Part shown: piece after piece, positions 1 to 9,531 of the stretch
How the letters are laid out: each line of letters starts with the position of its first letter
Position numbering within the stretch: the stretch's first letter is position 1
Virus record (IMG/VR): IMGVR_UViG_3300044946_000175
Span: 32,001-96,000 of that record
Length of the DNA stretch: 64,000 nt
Origin: a virus
Reading direction: 5' to 3' (one strand)
Position numbers and translations under genes: made by a program
Notes under the pieces: generated by a model
Seen by the model: only the letters and a program-made list of their open reading frames with translations
Database searches by the model: none
Told to the model about the DNA's origin: nothing

Positions 1-720
1 AAGATAGGCGAAGATGATCCCGGCGACGGCATAGGACCGACCGGATCGACTTCTTTTACTGCTGATGTACAGATCCAAGGACAGACTGACCCCGCGCTCC
101 TTTCTGCGGCCTATGCGGATATTGCCGGTGAGTCCGCACCTAGTTTTATCACAACGATTTCTGATACGGGACTGTTTTATTACGACGGACTGCCTGGGGT
201 TTACGACTTCTGGCAGTGCATGTCGGAGTATGAGGACGATCCCGGTGTGATCGTGATGCCTACCTGTAATCCAAACGGTATTAACCTTGCCGTTCAGATA
301 GCCTCTCCACAACTCACACTTCGAAAGAGATGGGCAGCAAAACGCACCGGAGCACCTCCGATCCTTCCGCCAAAACAATCGACCGATCCGAATTTGATCT
401 ATGTGGGCGGGGTGGCCGGACTGCCGGAAATGACTGTGGGGCCAGATGGCGTGTCGATCATTTACGAAGCTGTAGGTCATTACGTTTACCAAGCTCTCGA
501 TCCGTCCAAAGTACAAGAAACCGCAGCGATCCCGCCATTCTTACTCTCTTCATCTTTGACGCCAGCGAATGGTTGGTACGATGTTTATGGACCGACTGGG
601 AACAATCCTCAGTCTGGAAGTGGTGTAGGAGCATCGGGTGGAGGAGGTGTTTCGGGCAGTTACACCAATGGAGTTGACGTGTTGGGTAATACTCCTATCT
701 CGATCCTCTTTCCGAACTGA
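1..720 (+). CDS. Putative virion structural protein, 5'-truncated
   Basis: Frame 1 is open from base 1 through the tracked ATG at 220 to the stop at 720; Gly/Ser-rich C-terminus; start of the late block. Confidence 0.6.
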   Translation, partial: KIGEDDPGDGIGPTGSTSFTADVQIQGQTDPALLSAAYADIAGESAPSFITTISDTGLFYYDGLPGVYDFWQCMSEYEDDPGVIVMPTCNPNGINLAVQIASPQLTLRKRWAAKRTGAPPILPPKQSTDPNLIYVGGVAGLPEMTVGPDGVSIIYEAVGHYVYQALDPSKVQETAAIPPFLLSSSLTPANGWYDVYGPTGNNPQSGSGVGASGGGGVSGSYTNGVDVLGNTPISILFPN

Positions 721-725
721 ATTTT

Positions 726-2135
726 ATGGCAATCAATCTTACAGAACTATTTGAAAGCATTGGAAGGATTGGCCATACAGCGTATCTCATCAATATCGCT
801 CAGGCTGGACAACCTCCTACTTTTGAGGAACTTGCAACCGAAGCATGGATGAATGAGCTTTGGATAGTCAATCTCATACAAACGTATGACACACTGATTC
901 GCTCAGAGTCGGTTCCGATGGGGCAGTGGCAAGCTGCCGCTACTAACATCCTTCTCGGCATGGTGGCACTAGCAGATCCTACCTTCGGGGGTGGTGTTTC
1001 GAATGCTTTAGGTTATATCTACAATCAAATGGTCGCCCAGGGACAGACAGTCAAAGAAGCAGCACTTGGGTCATCCTATACACCGTTTACAACGAATATA
1101 GGTAGTGGGAATGTCTGCGTGGTTCTGGTCCGTGCTGATGGTATGTCTCTTCAGAATACAGTTCCCGAGACAGGTCAGTTATCCATCACTGCTGACAGTT
1201 TCACGGGCGGCGCGACGGTCGGTCAGGAGCCGTGGCAGTACGTGGGAGTTCCCAATCTCTCATCGCAAGGAACGGGAGTTCCGACCGGAATCTGGAACTG
1301 GGACTGGCCTACCGGATCGGGTGTAGTTGTCGGTGGTAATTGCATTTCTGCTTTACAAAACGCATCTGCATCCGGTAACTATCTCACCAACGGAGCATTT
1401 TCTAATTGGAACGCCACACCAGCACCATCGAATTGGAATCTTTTGACTGGAATCTGGGGAGTAACGGCTCAGCAGTCTTCTACCTCACTCGTTACTGGTG
1501 GTTTTTCTGTACAGTTTAATGTTGGTGCGACTAATGAGTTGACGCAACAGTTCGGATCATCAGCTACGACTGGGGCTGCTGCCGGAACGACAGTCCTTCC
1601 GACTTCTTATGCAGGTTATGCCTTTAACATCTTCCTGAGATCGACTGGCGTAATGACTGGAGGTGTGTTAACCGTTTCTCTTGTCAATGCTGCAAACAAT
1701 GCAGTAATTAACGATCAGGCAGGAAACCCACAAACATTTAATATTAACTTGTCTGGGCTGTCATCAGCCGAATGGACACCCTTCACGATTCCATTCCGCC
1801 TTCCAACCAATCCGCCAGAAAATTATCAACTAGCGCTTACGACCTCAACACCACCGGCGGGAGCGAATCTTTTGCTGGACTGTGCGGCTTTTTGTGCTCC
1901 TATTAATCTCTATGTTGGGGGGCCGAATCTTGCAGTATTCTCCAACCCATCTGCTCCTTTTCATGCCGTTCCTTTGCAAGATGGGTGGTCGGTTGTGTTG
2001 ACGAATGATCGCGGAGGGTCGCAGTATCTCGCAACCATGCAGGCTTTGTGGAATAGGCTATTTCAGGCTCCTGGTTTGATTTTACCATACGCGGCAAGCC
2101 CGACATTGCCGGATACTCTAATTACCAATCCGTAG
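726..2135 (+). CDS. Putative virion protein with carbohydrate-binding-like beta-sandwich region
   Basis: 469 aa, Thr/Gly/Ala/Trp-rich; NYLTNGAF-type CBM start and WT.FTIPF segment. Confidence 0.55.
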   Translation: MAINLTELFESIGRIGHTAYLINIAQAGQPPTFEELATEAWMNELWIVNLIQTYDTLIRSESVPMGQWQAAATNILLGMVALADPTFGGGVSNALGYIYNQMVAQGQTVKEAALGSSYTPFTTNIGSGNVCVVLVRADGMSLQNTVPETGQLSITADSFTGGATVGQEPWQYVGVPNLSSQGTGVPTGIWNWDWPTGSGVVVGGNCISALQNASASGNYLTNGAFSNWNATPAPSNWNLLTGIWGVTAQQSSTSLVTGGFSVQFNVGATNELTQQFGSSATTGAAAGTTVLPTSYAGYAFNIFLRSTGVMTGGVLTVSLVNAANNAVINDQAGNPQTFNINLSGLSSAEWTPFTIPFRLPTNPPENYQLALTTSTPPAGANLLLDCAAFCAPINLYVGGPNLAVFSNPSAPFHAVPLQDGWSVVLTNDRGGSQYLATMQALWNRLFQAPGLILPYAASPTLPDTLITNP

Positions 2136-2334
2136 TTTGATAGGGACCAGAGCGGTTGAGTGGAATTGTTTGTCGGGCAACTAAATCTTCTGCACATCCG
2201 GCGGGAAGGATGATCCATTTGTAATCTCCTCCGACTGACATCTGAGCTTCGTTTAGATTGTCGAATTGCATTCGATCAATATAGCGACCTTGTGAATCTG
2301 TTTTCAAAGCCACATAGGGTTTAAAGAAATTCAT
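2122..2334 (-). CDS. Small hypothetical protein, antisense to the late block
   Basis: 70-aa ORF filling the intergenic gap. Confidence 0.45.
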   Translation of the reverse strand: MNFFKPYVALKTDSQGRYIDRMQFDNLNEAQMSVGGDYKWIILPAGCAEDLVARQTIPLNRSGPYQTTDW

Positions 2335-2376
2335 TCTGTTATTGTAGGATCTAGTAGATAAAAGGCAATTTTATTT

Positions 2377-4527
2377 TTGTCTTTTTATAATGGTGCGGTT
2401 TTGTCTTGGAATTTCGTTCAATCGTCGAGCGATCAATTCGGAAGCGTCTCCACGACACAGACGCTTCCATACAACACCAATGTGACCGTTGGTGATCTAC
2501 TCATCGTTGATATTGGATTCACTTCCGGAATCTCTTTTGGCCCTCCGTCTGTAGCCGATTCTCAGGGCAATGTTTACGTAAGGACAGGATTTGAGCACGA
2601 TATCGGAAATACCATCGGGATTGCACAATACGTTGCCATCGCAAAAGCCACGGGAGCCAACACAGTATCGGTCACACCAACGACGACGACTCTTCTGACG
2701 TTTGCGATTCACGAATACAGCGGTAATGCAACTTCTGGTGTAATCGATATGCCAGAAACCAATACCGGAACTGCGGCCACGACGCTCACCACGGGCTCTA
2801 TTCCGGTCAACAATCCTGGGGAGATGATCCACGCTGCCTTTGCGCAGATTACGAGTTCACAAACTCCAACACAGGGAGCGGGCTTTACGATTCGGGAAGA
2901 TCAGACGGGTACACTATCTCAGATTGCTCTGTTCACCGAAGATGATTTTCCTGTCTCGACCGCCACTGCCGCGACAGCTACCGTTTCTCTGGGGGTGACC
3001 TATGTGGCTATCGGCACGTCTTTCTTACCGACAGGTCTGACCCCACCACCAGACTTGTCCGTCACTCAAGCGCAAGTACGTACTGTTCCCAACAAAATCT
3101 ATGTTAATGTTCCGCCTTCCGCGAACGATGTATCTATTCCGCCTCCTCCACCTCAGCCAGAAACAAATGTCAACTTCGTGGCGAGGGGCTACAAACCGAC
3201 GGTCATTACAAATGAAACGAGGCCGATATATTCGTTCATCCCGCAGGATATATCGACCATTCCAGAAACAAATGTCAACTTCGTGGCGAGGGGGTATAAA
3301 CAGACTAATCTTTTGCCTTCTCAGTCGTTTGCTCCGCACGACCAAACCATAATACCGAACGAGGCCGACACGAGTCTGACAATCATCGGGTATCATCCGA
3401 CTAGTCTCACGAGGCCAGTGCCGTCGTTCGCGCCAGAGGACCAGACGACTGTTCAAGAAACAAATGTCAATCTTGTGGTTCGTGGCTACCACCCAACTTC
3501 GATTTGGTCAGTGCCTCCGTTCGCGCCGCACGACCAGTCAAACGAGGCAGGTCCGAATTTCGTGGCGCGGGGCTACCATTCGGCTCCGATCTTATTCGCG
3601 CCTCCGTTCGCGCCTCACGATCAATTACCCGAAGAAAACCCACACCTGACCGTACGGGGTTACAAACCGACCAGTCTTACCAGGCCAGTCCCGTCGTTTG
3701 CCTATGAAGACATCCCGTTTTATCCCGAGATCGACTTCGTGGCGAGGGGCTACCGCCAGACCACGATCTGGTCGGTGCTTCCGACTGCTCCACACAATCA
3801 GTCGAATGAAGCAGCTACGAGCGAGACAGTACGCGGCTATCAAGCGACTAATCTTACGAGGCCGGTGCCTTCCTTCACTTCTGAAGATCAGACTACTGCG
3901 CAAGAGACGAACATCGACTTCGTGGCGCGGGGATACCATTCAATCACGATTCAGTCGGTGCTTTCATCCGCTCACGAAGATCATTCAAACGAGGAGAATC
4001 CGCACTTAGTCGTGCGGGGTTACAAGCCCACAACCATTACCAGACCAGTTCCATCGTTTTCTTATACAGACATCCCGTTCTATCCGGAAATCGACTTCGT
4101 GGCGCGTGGATATCAGCCTCCTCGCATCAACATGCCGACTGTGTTCGAAAACCAAACCGTCGTACCGACAGAGGCCAATACCAGTGAAATCGTAAGAGGC
4201 TATCAATCAACTAATCTCAATCGACCGTTTGCTTCCAAGGATGTGACTGCCTATCCAGAAACGATTGTCAACTTCACGGCAAAAGGCTACCAGCCGACCA
4301 GTCTCAACAAACCGGTGCCTTCATTCGCGCCTCACGATCAATCGGCGACTCCGAGTGAGGCCAACACGAGTCAAGTTGTTCTCGGTTATCAACCGACCAG
4401 TTTTAATATGCCGGTATCTCCATTTGCTCCCCAAGACCTGTCCTTTGTACCGACTATAGGGGCTTACGTTCTGCCAATCTTTGTATCATTAGTGGGTCTA
4501 AGAAGCTATCTGTCAAAGGATTCTTGA
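2377..4527 (+). CDS. Putative tail fibre/adhesin with 14 C-terminal GY repeats
   Basis: N-terminal Thr-rich beta domain, poly-Pro linker, then about 14 units of E(T/A)NxxFVARGYxPT...SFAPxD. Confidence 0.65.
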   Translation: MSFYNGAVLSWNFVQSSSDQFGSVSTTQTLPYNTNVTVGDLLIVDIGFTSGISFGPPSVADSQGNVYVRTGFEHDIGNTIGIAQYVAIAKATGANTVSVTPTTTTLLTFAIHEYSGNATSGVIDMPETNTGTAATTLTTGSIPVNNPGEMIHAAFAQITSSQTPTQGAGFTIREDQTGTLSQIALFTEDDFPVSTATAATATVSLGVTYVAIGTSFLPTGLTPPPDLSVTQAQVRTVPNKIYVNVPPSANDVSIPPPPPQPETNVNFVARGYKPTVITNETRPIYSFIPQDISTIPETNVNFVARGYKQTNLLPSQSFAPHDQTIIPNEADTSLTIIGYHPTSLTRPVPSFAPEDQTTVQETNVNLVVRGYHPTSIWSVPPFAPHDQSNEAGPNFVARGYHSAPILFAPPFAPHDQLPEENPHLTVRGYKPTSLTRPVPSFAYEDIPFYPEIDFVARGYRQTTIWSVLPTAPHNQSNEAATSETVRGYQATNLTRPVPSFTSEDQTTAQETNIDFVARGYHSITIQSVLSSAHEDHSNEENPHLVVRGYKPTTITRPVPSFSYTDIPFYPEIDFVARGYQPPRINMPTVFENQTVVPTEANTSEIVRGYQSTNLNRPFASKDVTAYPETIVNFTAKGYQPTSLNKPVPSFAPHDQSATPSEANTSQVVLGYQPTSFNMPVSPFAPQDLSFVPTIGAYVLPIFVSLVGLRSYLSKDS
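3155..4445 (+). repeat. Degenerate ~85-105 bp coding tandem repeats (14 units)
   Basis: Recurrent ttcgtggcgcggggcta and ttcgcgcc..ga motifs. Confidence 0.85.
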
Positions 4528-4564
4528 TAAAATTTCATTTTCTCTCTGCAAGAGGGTTTGTAGA

Positions 4565-5158
4565 ATGGACGGCGACGAGAAAGACACGTACGAAAAAGCA
4601 CTGGCTCGATTCGAGGCCGATCCGTGGAATGAAGACAAACTTCCTGATTGTCGGTTACACGAAAACAACCGTCCAATCGTCAAGAGCGAACGATATGGAC
4701 ACATGGCGGAAGTATTCTGCGCCAACTGCCATAAGGAAACCGGCGGGTTCGTGACGAATGAATGGGCACGGAAGATTTTTTACCTGTGCCCAAACTGTGA
4801 AAAGTGGGGTCGGGTTCCTGGACTGAAGACGATCCCCGAAGCTGTAGTTCGTGGTGAGGAGCCTCTGATTCCAGGAATGCCGATTGACTTCAGGTTTGAG
4901 GGCGATGTGACGACTCAAATAGCCATTATCAACGGTGACGGCAAGATTCTGTGGAACTCCGCCGTTCCATCCAATGGCATTCCTCATAGCCTGAACGTCA
5001 ACCTCGATGGTTCGATCAATACAACTGAGGGGCAGAAGATAATGCCCCCATTCCGCATTGCCGTGGTGGTTGTACCTGATGATATGGAAACGCCTGTGAT
5101 TCCGGTCGTCACACAACCGTCGATTACTTCACTCGATCTTTCTAGTCTTGGAGGGTAA
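4565..5158 (+). CDS. Hypothetical protein with Zn-binding CxxC pairs
   Basis: CANC and CPNC motifs, 197 aa. Confidence 0.6.
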   Translation: MDGDEKDTYEKALARFEADPWNEDKLPDCRLHENNRPIVKSERYGHMAEVFCANCHKETGGFVTNEWARKIFYLCPNCEKWGRVPGLKTIPEAVVRGEEPLIPGMPIDFRFEGDVTTQIAIINGDGKILWNSAVPSNGIPHSLNVNLDGSINTTEGQKIMPPFRIAVVVVPDDMETPVIPVVTQPSITSLDLSSLGG

Positions 5159-5161
5159 ACA

Positions 5162-5500
5162 ATGGCCAGTCAGAAGTGCAGCTTCATCGACCGCGACAAC
5201 AAACCGCTCGGTGAATTTGAAGTGGAGTATCTGGATCAGGCCACGGCGAATGTTCCGGGAGCACGTCAAGTGCTTCCCGGCTGCGTCGCAATGCCTGATG
5301 GTCGGGTATTCATGCGCAAGAACGAGAACTCCGATCAGTATCTCGAAACCGCGCGTCCTTGCAACCTCATCTTCGCGGACGGCAAGAAGGAGCCGGTGTC
5401 GATCTTCCAGCCATCTCCGCCAGTCGTGACCAAAGGCGGGAAGACATTCAAGCGACTCAATGAGGATTTGTACAAAGAGGTCGTGGCTGCGGCGCTTTGA
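5162..5500 (+). CDS. Hypothetical protein
   Basis: GGAGG RBS, 112 aa. Confidence 0.7.
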   Translation: MASQKCSFIDRDNKPLGEFEVEYLDQATANVPGARQVLPGCVAMPDGRVFMRKNENSDQYLETARPCNLIFADGKKEPVSIFQPSPPVVTKGGKTFKRLNEDLYKEVVAAAL

Positions 5501-5607
5501 GATTAACTTGAGGTGGAATTGATCACTCCTGCCTCTTGCGAACCTGGAATCGTACAAGACTTTGTTTTTGAAGCCATCTTTGATTCCATGCTCACGAGGA
5601 CAGTCGC

Positions 5608-6111
5608 ATGTACTATTTCCGCATCAACGGTCCAGCCGCCGGTCCACCTACTTTCACATCCAATGGATCGGCACTGACAGAATCCGATCACTATCGACTC
5701 CTGACCGTTGCTGAGCAAGAAACGGCCAAGCTCATGGAGGTGATGGGCACGGCACGCTCCGGTACGGCTGGCGGTGGTTCTCTTCGCGGTCGGCGCTACG
5801 GCACGCCCTCCTCGTCCGGCACATCAGTGACTCCGGCTCCGGTGAATCCCGGTACAGGAATCAATAGCGTCGTCATTGCTGCCGGAACGACAGCCTTTAC
5901 CGCACCCACGGCAGGCAGCACGGCAACGAATCTCCTCTCCATCGGTCTGGCTCAGACTGGTGGTCAAGGTGGTTGGGTGACTCCATTCGATGGGGCTGGT
6001 ATCGATCTGATGCCCAATGGTGGGGCGAACGGGAACTTCGATATCCTCTCGATCTTCAACGCTGCTTCGGTCACGTTTGATTGCTCGTTAGGATTTAGAG
6101 AGGGCAGCTAA
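5608..6111 (+). CDS. Putative structural protein
   Basis: GAGGA RBS; Gly/Thr-rich, 167 aa. Confidence 0.65.
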   Translation: MYYFRINGPAAGPPTFTSNGSALTESDHYRLLTVAEQETAKLMEVMGTARSGTAGGGSLRGRRYGTPSSSGTSVTPAPVNPGTGINSVVIAAGTTAFTAPTAGSTATNLLSIGLAQTGGQGGWVTPFDGAGIDLMPNGGANGNFDILSIFNAASVTFDCSLGFREGS

Positions 6112-6132
6112 TTCCCGAACTAAACGCGGGCT

Positions 6133-6735
6133 TTATGTGACATGCTTCCATCTGGCCCGCGTCACAGCGCCTCGTACTGCACCAAATGGTTTATTATATT
6201 TTCTACAAATCTGAGTAATCATAGCTCCACTATCGTATTCGATTCGCATAATTCGAACCAGGTCTTCCGTTAGTACGGCATTTCCATTACCTTCTCCGCG
6301 ACTGCTTGTTCCGTGTTTTATTTTGTCTGCTGCATTGCCTTGCGGTGTATCCCATCTGAGATTGGATAATTTATTGTTTTGCTGATCGCCATCGTTATGG
6401 CATCCTTCCATTCCAAGCGGACGAGGGCCAACGAACGCTTCAAGAACTAGACAATGAACGAGAATTTCCTTTCTGTAGTAATGGCGGTAAAGACCAAATA
6501 TTGAATACGATTTGTTATTTAACCTTGATTTACGTCGTTTCCATACAGTTCCGACTATTAAGACTGATCCGCTTCCGTTACCTTTGCCTCTTTTGCCGTG
6601 ATATGAACAATTCCAAACCGATCCGTCATCCCCTACTCGATAGCCTGGAAATCCCATAAAATCCAGCTTGCGGTAACAAACATCGTTTTCAGGATCGCAA
6701 TGGAATTCTGGAATGCTAGAATAGCCGTCTGACAT
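6133..6735 (-). CDS. HNH homing endonuclease (NUMOD4/HNH_3 type)
   Basis: FPGYRVGDDGSVW, VHCLVLEAFVGPRP.GMEGCHNDGD..NN.LSNLRWDT, C-terminal HTH; start moved to ATG 6735 with GGAG RBS. Confidence 0.9.
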   Translation of the reverse strand: MSDGYSSIPEFHCDPENDVCYRKLDFMGFPGYRVGDDGSVWNCSYHGKRGKGNGSGSVLIVGTVWKRRKSRLNNKSYSIFGLYRHYYRKEILVHCLVLEAFVGPRPLGMEGCHNDGDQQNNKLSNLRWDTPQGNAADKIKHGTSSRGEGNGNAVLTEDLVRIMRIEYDSGAMITQICRKYNKPFGAVRGAVTRARWKHVT

Positions 6736-6737
6736 GG

Positions 6738-6796
6738 CCTTTGCTCCAGTTAAGCAAGGTTGTGTGGGTGCGGGTGACAGGGGATCACCCGCACCC
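6738..6796 (-). promoter_or_regulatory. Two hairpins in the HNH leader; the proximal one occludes the RBS
   Basis: Perfect 12-bp inverted repeat 6766-6777/6785-6796; CCTTGCT-TAACTGG-AGCAAAGG ends 2 nt before the ATG on the - strand. Confidence 0.6.
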
Positions 6797-6853
6797 AAAT
6801 TTTATGAAACAGTCGGAGTGAGGAAAGTGCCGAGTCCTCCAGGCAACGCTTTA

Positions 6854-7171
6854 ATGTCTGGTTCGTGTCAAAAGTCTGCCGGAGACCGCGTTCGCATCCC
6901 GACAGATTATGGGAATGAAAATCTCCTCGTCGATAACGCACAAGTCGTCAACGGCGTTCTTGTTTTGCCTTATTCGATAGTCGCATTTAGTGTTACTGCC
7001 ACTCCGGCAGACCTCACCGTAACTGGTGTACAATTGGATAGTCAATACCAGATTTCAGCATTGATTTCAGGAGGTACTTCAGGACAAACTTATTTTATTA
7101 CTTATTCAATCACTCTTTCCGATCCGGACCAGACGACTATCGTGCGCACCGGCGCTCTTCAGGTGTTGTGA
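6854..7171 (+). CDS. Small virion protein, fibre/tail adaptor-like
   Basis: K..GD.VRIPTDY start and 'ISGGTSGQTYFITYSITLSD..TIVRT' resemble phage adaptor proteins. Confidence 0.55.
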   Translation: MSGSCQKSAGDRVRIPTDYGNENLLVDNAQVVNGVLVLPYSIVAFSVTATPADLTVTGVQLDSQYQISALISGGTSGQTYFITYSITLSDPDQTTIVRTGALQVL

Positions 7172-7182
7172 AAAGGCAACTT

Positions 7183-7833
7183 ATGAGCATCCCTCCTTCA
7201 CCGACTGATCCGCTCTATCAAGACGAACCACAACCGTTTGGTTCGATGGGTTTCCCTCAAGAATTTCTCGAAGACATTCGCATGCAAATCGTCAACGCAA
7301 GCGGCACTTCTGGACTTACCAAGGATAAAGTTTTTTGGAGCCGACACAGCACTACCTCCCATCTGAAATTTCCGCCCGCCGATCAGTTCGTGGCGCTCTC
7401 GCTTCCTTCTATGATGGTCAATCAAAACTATGTGACGGGTGGGGGAGTTTACAATACTCAGTTCGACGGGACAGTTCTCGTCAGAATTTTCGACAGGATT
7501 GAGTCGGACATCGAGAACCGAGACGCCAATCAACTTACCGATCAGGTATTGGGGCAGTTGAAATTCAGCCAACAAATACTAACTTGTCTTCAGACCTGGA
7601 ATGGGCCGATAGATAACGAAGACGGCGATTCGGTCTTCAATCGCCCTATGCGTCTGATCGGGTCCATCGACCTGCCCGACAGAGATGGACCGAACGGCAC
7701 GCGGTGGGGGATCACGCAGGCACGTTTCGAACTACCGTTTGTGGCCGACCTCAGTTATCCTTATCCGTCTGGCGGAAGTCCTCCTCCTGTTCTCACAGGT
7801 CCAAATTATTGGTCACGTAACTACTTTGGTTGA
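7183..7833 (+). CDS. Hypothetical virion protein (tail completion-like)
   Basis: Size and context; AAAAGGCAA motif before the ATG. Confidence 0.5.
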   Translation: MSIPPSPTDPLYQDEPQPFGSMGFPQEFLEDIRMQIVNASGTSGLTKDKVFWSRHSTTSHLKFPPADQFVALSLPSMMVNQNYVTGGGVYNTQFDGTVLVRIFDRIESDIENRDANQLTDQVLGQLKFSQQILTCLQTWNGPIDNEDGDSVFNRPMRLIGSIDLPDRDGPNGTRWGITQARFELPFVADLSYPYPSGGSPPPVLTGPNYWSRNYFG

Positions 7834-7837
7834 TAGA

Positions 7838-7936
7838 ATGATCAACGTCGTCAAGGGAATCTTTGTGTGTTTGCTCTCAGCCGCCCTCGTGGGCGGATTG
7901 GGATTAATAGCTTTGTGTTTGCTATTTCACAAATAA
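7838..7936 (+). CDS. 32-aa membrane peptide
   Basis: Single hydrophobic helix MINVVKGIFVCLLSAALVGGLGLIALCLL. Confidence 0.4.
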   Translation: MINVVKGIFVCLLSAALVGGLGLIALCLLFHK

Positions 7937-7947
7937 AGGGGATACTC

Positions 7948-8691
7948 ATGCTTCGAGCAAAATGGATTAGTTTGTCTCTACTAGTTTGCCTTTTCGCCAT
8001 TATCATCGGCTCGACCAACGCCGAAGCCGGTCCATTCAGGCGATTCAAAGAAAGACGGCAAGCAACAGCTTGCGCGACTGCACCTTCGGCTACGCTGACG
8101 ATTCCATTTGCGAAGGTCGGCCCGGACGCACTGACGCTTGCGAAAGTCCGCAGCGCCTCTCTCAAGGCAAAGGCTCTCGCGACCGCTCCGAAGAAAGCAA
8201 CTACCAACGCCGTACCCGTCCAGATCAGCCTGAATGCGGGAGTGTTGTCGATTACCGCTTCACCAGGAGGAGCACTCGCGGAGATCACCGGTACACCGGC
8301 AAATATTTCCGTCTACTGGGTCGGGATCGCAACAGGACTGTCGAACACCCAGACGTTCGGTCCCGTCAACTCAATCCAGTTCTTCGGGGCAACTGATACT
8401 GGAGCGTTCAACGAATACCTCAACTTCACGGCAGTTTCCGATAGTGCTGTTTTTGCTGGAGCGAACGTCGAGAACATTTTTTATGGCTGCTTCGGCGGCG
8501 GTCTTTCCTCGTCGGTCACCACATCCGCGAGTTGCTTCAACGAGATTGTGACGATGTCCGCAACGACATCGGTTACAGTCATCGGATCAACTCCGACCGG
8601 TGCCGTTATTCCCTATTACAGTGGCGGGACCGTGAACCTCACGCCTTCCAATCTCGCCAGCAATCCGAATTGGTACGTGTATCAGAATTAG
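7948..8691 (+). CDS. Secreted protein (signal peptide)
   Basis: MLRAKWISLSLLVCLFAIIIG..AEA cleavage site followed by GPFRRFKERR. Confidence 0.7.
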   Translation: MLRAKWISLSLLVCLFAIIIGSTNAEAGPFRRFKERRQATACATAPSATLTIPFAKVGPDALTLAKVRSASLKAKALATAPKKATTNAVPVQISLNAGVLSITASPGGALAEITGTPANISVYWVGIATGLSNTQTFGPVNSIQFFGATDTGAFNEYLNFTAVSDSAVFAGANVENIFYGCFGGGLSSSVTTSASCFNEIVTMSATTSVTVIGSTPTGAVIPYYSGGTVNLTPSNLASNPNWYVYQN

Positions 8692-8728
8692 TTTTTGATC
8701 TTCCTGAAGTCGCCCAAGGTTTTCGTCA

Positions 8729-9220
8729 ATGGCTGGTGGGCCTCTCGCACCCTGGAGTATCGATTTAAGCCAGGGTTCCGGGAACCTCTCTTCGCAACTC
8801 TACGTACCAGCAACAAATACTAACGGTGCAGGTAGTATTGAGGGTATCGGAGTTGTAGCTTCGCTTGCAACCGATTCTCCAGCTATCCTCAAATTCCTCA
8901 TGCCAGCGGGCTCGATTCCGAGCGGTACGTTGAAGCTCTGTCTTGACGGTTTTGCGAACGCCACGACTGGTACGGCCAAAGTCACCGTAAAGGATATCAA
9001 TGTCGCGGCGGGAAACAGTCTCGGTACGGCTTCGTTGACTTCAGAGACTCAGCTTTCTCAAACGTGGGCAACAGCCGACATCATCGTGCGGAACAAGATC
9101 GTATTGACCAGCACACCGAATCCACTTGACTGGCTCATTGTCGTTCTGGATTTCAATGCGACTGGTTGGACTTTGGCACAGAATAGTGTGTGGGTGCCAA
9201 GTGCGATTTGGGAGCCATAA
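8729..9220 (+). CDS. Putative structural protein
   Basis: 163 aa, beta-rich, late block. Confidence 0.65.
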   Translation: MAGGPLAPWSIDLSQGSGNLSSQLYVPATNTNGAGSIEGIGVVASLATDSPAILKFLMPAGSIPSGTLKLCLDGFANATTGTAKVTVKDINVAAGNSLGTASLTSETQLSQTWATADIIVRNKIVLTSTPNPLDWLIVVLDFNATGWTLAQNSVWVPSAIWEP

Positions 9221-9221
9221 C

Positions 9222-9515
9222 ATGCCCATCCTCAATTCAACTCAGATCGCGGCGGCAGCCCGGAACTGTGCGAATGTTCTGTTCGTCATTCCTGGCGCAA
9301 CCGCCATTCTTAATCTCACCCAACTCATAACAGCAGTTACAGCTTGCGATACTGCAATGAGTCTCACCCCAGCAGCGTTTGCCTCTACCTACAGTTCAGC
9401 AGGTAACGTCGCTGCCGGTCTTGGGACGGCGATCTTTGCATCCGTTTCTGGAATAACTCAGGCGCAAGCCGCCGTGGTGTTAGAGTCTTGGACTCAGCAG
9501 GCGGCATTGGTTTAA
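9222..9515 (+). CDS. Ala-rich hypothetical protein
   Basis: ATG directly after the previous stop, GGAG RBS. Confidence 0.6.
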   Translation: MPILNSTQIAAAARNCANVLFVIPGATAILNLTQLITAVTACDTAMSLTPAAFASTYSSAGNVAAGLGTAIFASVSGITQAQAAVVLESWTQQAALV

Positions 9516-9531
9516 TTCGAGGACGTGAAGT

